Shown in pieces: positions 61,517 to 64,000 of a stretch of 64,000 bases of DNA. Each line of letters starts with the position of its first letter. The stretch's first letter is position 1. Location: assembly GCA_040954595.2 (NCBI GenBank), contig JBECUI020000025.1:310001-374000 (forward strand), given 5' to 3'. This DNA comes from Balanoglossus misakiensis. Its lineage: Eukaryota > Animalia > Hemichordata. The translations under genes were made by a program, and so were the position numbers. The notes beneath the pieces were generated by a model, which worked only from the letters and a program-made list of their open reading frames with translations, was not told where the DNA came from and made no database searches.

Positions 61517-64000
61517 AACTCCGCCCATGAACGCCCTATCTTGGCATGAACCTGAAGAGGGAGGGAAATGAGCTGGTTGGTAATCATTGACTCGACCAAA
61601 CATTCTCGGACTTCATCAGCTTGTGAAATGGGTGCTTCCACAATGAGTTCATCGTGAATCTGTAAAATAAGATGCGAATCAGGCATATCGCTTCGTAAGC
61701 GCTTTGCAACAACGATCATGGCATGCTTGATAATATCAGCTGCGCTCCCTTGAATAATGGTGTTAATGCTAATGCGCTCTGCCATAGATCGAAGATTATA
61801 GTTTTCCGACCCTATGGTCGGTACATATCGGCGTCTGTCCATGAGAGTCTTTACATAACCGAGTTCGCGTGCTTGCTCTAGCGCCTTATCCATAAATACA
61901 CGGACTTGTGCAAAGCGTTGGAAGTATCTTTCAATAAAATTTGCCGCATCCGAGCGTGTAATAGCAAGCTCGTTGGAAAGCCGAAAGGCAGACATGCCGT
62001 AGATAACTCCAAAGTTGATGCTCTTCGCAATGGTCCGTTGCATGCTGCTTACAGTTTCACTACCAAATAATAACCGAGCAGTCTCTTCATGAATATCCAG
62101 TCCCTCCTGAAAAGCTGCCAAAAGTGCCGGGTCCTGAGAAAAATGTGCTAATACAATGAGCTCTATCTGTGAATAGTCGGCACTGACAAATGTCCTGCCC
62201 TCTGTTGCATAGAAGGCTTTTCGTATACGCCTACCCTCCACAGTCTTAACCGGTATGTTCTGCAGGTTCGGGTCCTTACTTGCAAGTCTTCCGGTTGCCG
62301 CTCCAGTCTGTATATAGTTCGTGTGCAAACGCCCGCTACTCGGATGGATCAGCTGCGGCAGTGAGTCGATATAGGTCCCCTTTAGTTTGTTCAGCATCCG
62401 GTAACGCAAAATTTGTTTCGGAAGCGGATCTTGCACTGCAAGTTGTTGAAGAACTGTATTGTCGGTACTATAGCCGGTCTTTAACTTACGAACCGGTTGT
62501 AATCCCCGCTCTTGAAACAATACCTCCTGTAGCTGTTGCGGCGAATTAATGTTAAATTCATGCCCGCATAGAGAAAATATCTCCTCTTTTACTTCGGAAA
62601 TGTTTGTAGCTATAGTTCTTGCCTGCTTCTGTAGTATGTCCTGATCAAGAAAGATGCCCTTCATTTCCATGTCTACCAGCACGGTAATAAGCGGCATTTC
62701 CAAATTATGAAATATCTCGGTTAATCCGGCAGTTTCCAACTCCTTTGACAAGACATGAAACAATCGTAGAGTTATATCAGCATCCTCAGCGGCATAGAAG
62801 GTGGCAAGATCAAGGGGAACCTTATCGAAGGTTATGACATTGCATTCGCGCATAACGTTCGTATATGCAACCGGCTTGTAGGAAAGATATTGATCAGCCA
62901 ATCGGTCCATACCGTAGGCATGAGAATCGCTATCAAGCAGCCAGGCGGCAATCATGGTATCAAAGTATAGATTCTTTACCTCAAGCCCCCAATTACGAAG
63001 AACCTTGATGTCATATTTCGCATTTTGACATACAAGCTTCAAGTTCTGATCGTGCAGTATATCCTGCAATGCTATCCGTACCTGCTCTGCGGGTAAGACT
63101 GCTCCAGTTGGTCCGACAAGTGGAATATAACAGCCCTTGCCTTTCTCTACCGATAGGGAGAATCCAACCGGAACTGCTACCATGTCATTGGTGCTATCGG
63201 TCTCGGAATCAAAAGAATATATCCCCGCTTGCCGTACAAGATTCAACCAGTGTTCCAGTTTTTCCATGCTGTCTACACAGTCATAGTTTCCTTGCCTGCT
63301 CTTCTCCTGTAGCGAGACGGATTCCAATGAGACATCATCCTGCTCCTGATCAATAAGCGAATAGCCGGCAAGACCCAATTTCCCCCTAAGGTTATCAAGC
63401 AGAGAGCGAATGCCGTAACTCTGAAATTGCTCCCGCACCGCAGCAAAATTGATCTCTTTTACCATTACATCATCCAGCGTTTCCACATTAAGGGGAAGAT
63501 CGTCTTTCAAGCTGACCAGCTTCTTACTGATCTCTACTTTTTCTCGTCCAGCTATGAGTTTCTTTCGATGATGCTCTTTTATCTTATCAATATTATCATA
63601 TATTGCTTCCAGACTACCATATTCAGTAAGAAGTCGGACTGCTCCCACCTTCCCTATGCCGGGCACTCCGGGAATATTATCTGAACTGTCCCCGGCAATG
63701 CTCAAGAAATCAAGCATCTGCTCCGGATATATCTGCCAGGATTGAAATACAGTTTCCCGATCGAATGAAATAAAATTTCCGCCGAGTTGTGGTTTCAGTT
63801 GCTCTATCTTGTCATCAACAAGCTGCAAAAGATCCTTATCCGACGAAATAATAGAACAGTGGCAGGAAGAAGAAAATTTCTTGCATAGAGTAGCAATAAT
63901 ATCATCTGCCTCGTATCCGGTATGAGAACAAACAGCAATTCCGAGGCCTTGTAACATGGAATAAATTGGCTTTATCTGTTGGATCAAGTCTTCGGGGGGG
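61513..64000 (-). CDS. polA: DNA polymerase I (5' end outside window)
   Basis: 'EADDIIAT', 'GDSSDNIPGVPGIG', 3'-5' exo 'FDSET', 'TGRLAS.DPNLQNIP', 'ADYSQIEL', 'QIHDEL'. Confidence 0.97.
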   Translation of the reverse strand, partial: PPEDLIQQIKPIYSMLQGLGIAVCSHTGYEADDIIATLCKKFSSSCHCSIISSDKDLLQLVDDKIEQLKPQLGGNFISFDRETVFQSWQIYPEQMLDFLSIAGDSSDNIPGVPGIGKVGAVRLLTEYGSLEAIYDNIDKIKEHHRKKLIAGREKVEISKKLVSLKDDLPLNVETLDDVMVKEINFAAVREQFQSYGIRSLLDNLRGKLGLAGYSLIDQEQDDVSLESVSLQEKSRQGNYDCVDSMEKLEHWLNLVRQAGIYSFDSETDSTNDMVAVPVGFSLSVEKGKGCYIPLVGPTGAVLPAEQVRIALQDILHDQNLKLVCQNAKYDIKVLRNWGLEVKNLYFDTMIAAWLLDSDSHAYGMDRLADQYLSYKPVAYTNVMRECNVITFDKVPLDLATFYAAEDADITLRLFHVLSKELETAGLTEIFHNLEMPLITVLVDMEMKGIFLDQDILQKQARTIATNISEVKEEIFSLCGHEFNINSPQQLQEVLFQERGLQPVRKLKTGYSTDNTVLQQLAVQDPLPKQILRYRMLNKLKGTYIDSLPQLIHPSSGRLHTNYIQTGAATGRLASKDPNLQNIPVKTVEGRRIRKAFYATEGRTFVSADYSQIELIVLAHFSQDPALLAAFQEGLDIHEETARLLFGSETVSSMQRTIAKSINFGVIYGMSAFRLSNELAITRSDAANFIERYFQRFAQVRVFMDKALEQARELGYVKTLMDRRRYVPTIGSENYNLRSMAERISINTIIQGSAADIIKHAMIVVAKRLRSDMPDSHLILQIHDELIVEAPISQADEVRECLVESMITNQLISLPLQVHAKIGRSWAEL

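Noticed and set aside
901-63684. Numerous short antisense or overlapping ORFs in the track
   Set aside because: They are shadows of well-supported genes and have no recognisable motifs.

Overview
Bacterial chromosomal window, most likely from a spirochaete. This is inferred from the stand-alone EF-G with the '[15 protein letters not shown]' signature, the polA-coaE-SPOR gene order and the many lipoprotein-like ORFs. Left end: a small defence island (sacsin/NOV-like ATPase-HNH gene, then an RloA/RloB-like pair bracketed by a 21-bp direct repeat), followed by housekeeping genes. Centre (16.8-33.8 kb): a type II-C CRISPR-Cas locus with tracrRNA, cas9, cas1, cas2 and a 99-repeat array; the cas genes are broken by indels that look like consensus errors. 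The locus has three unusual parts. (1) Cas9 carries a second, apparently catalytically dead HNH module inserted in RuvC-III. (2) An orphan gene with phage SAM-lyase-like motifs sits between the terminal repeat and a lone partial repeat that supplies its extended -10 promoter. (3) Directly after it lies a 4.5-kb non-coding array of 30 mosaic ~154-bp units, each with a GC hairpin and G-rich core; it is not a CRISPR. Right half: a rare-sugar ABC/epimerase/kinase operon, a deletion-fused pseudogene, a decaying tandem duplication of secreted proteins, a GLUG surface lipoprotein, a TonB system, tRNA-Cys and core genes up to polA. All family assignments come from motif recognition, not database searches.
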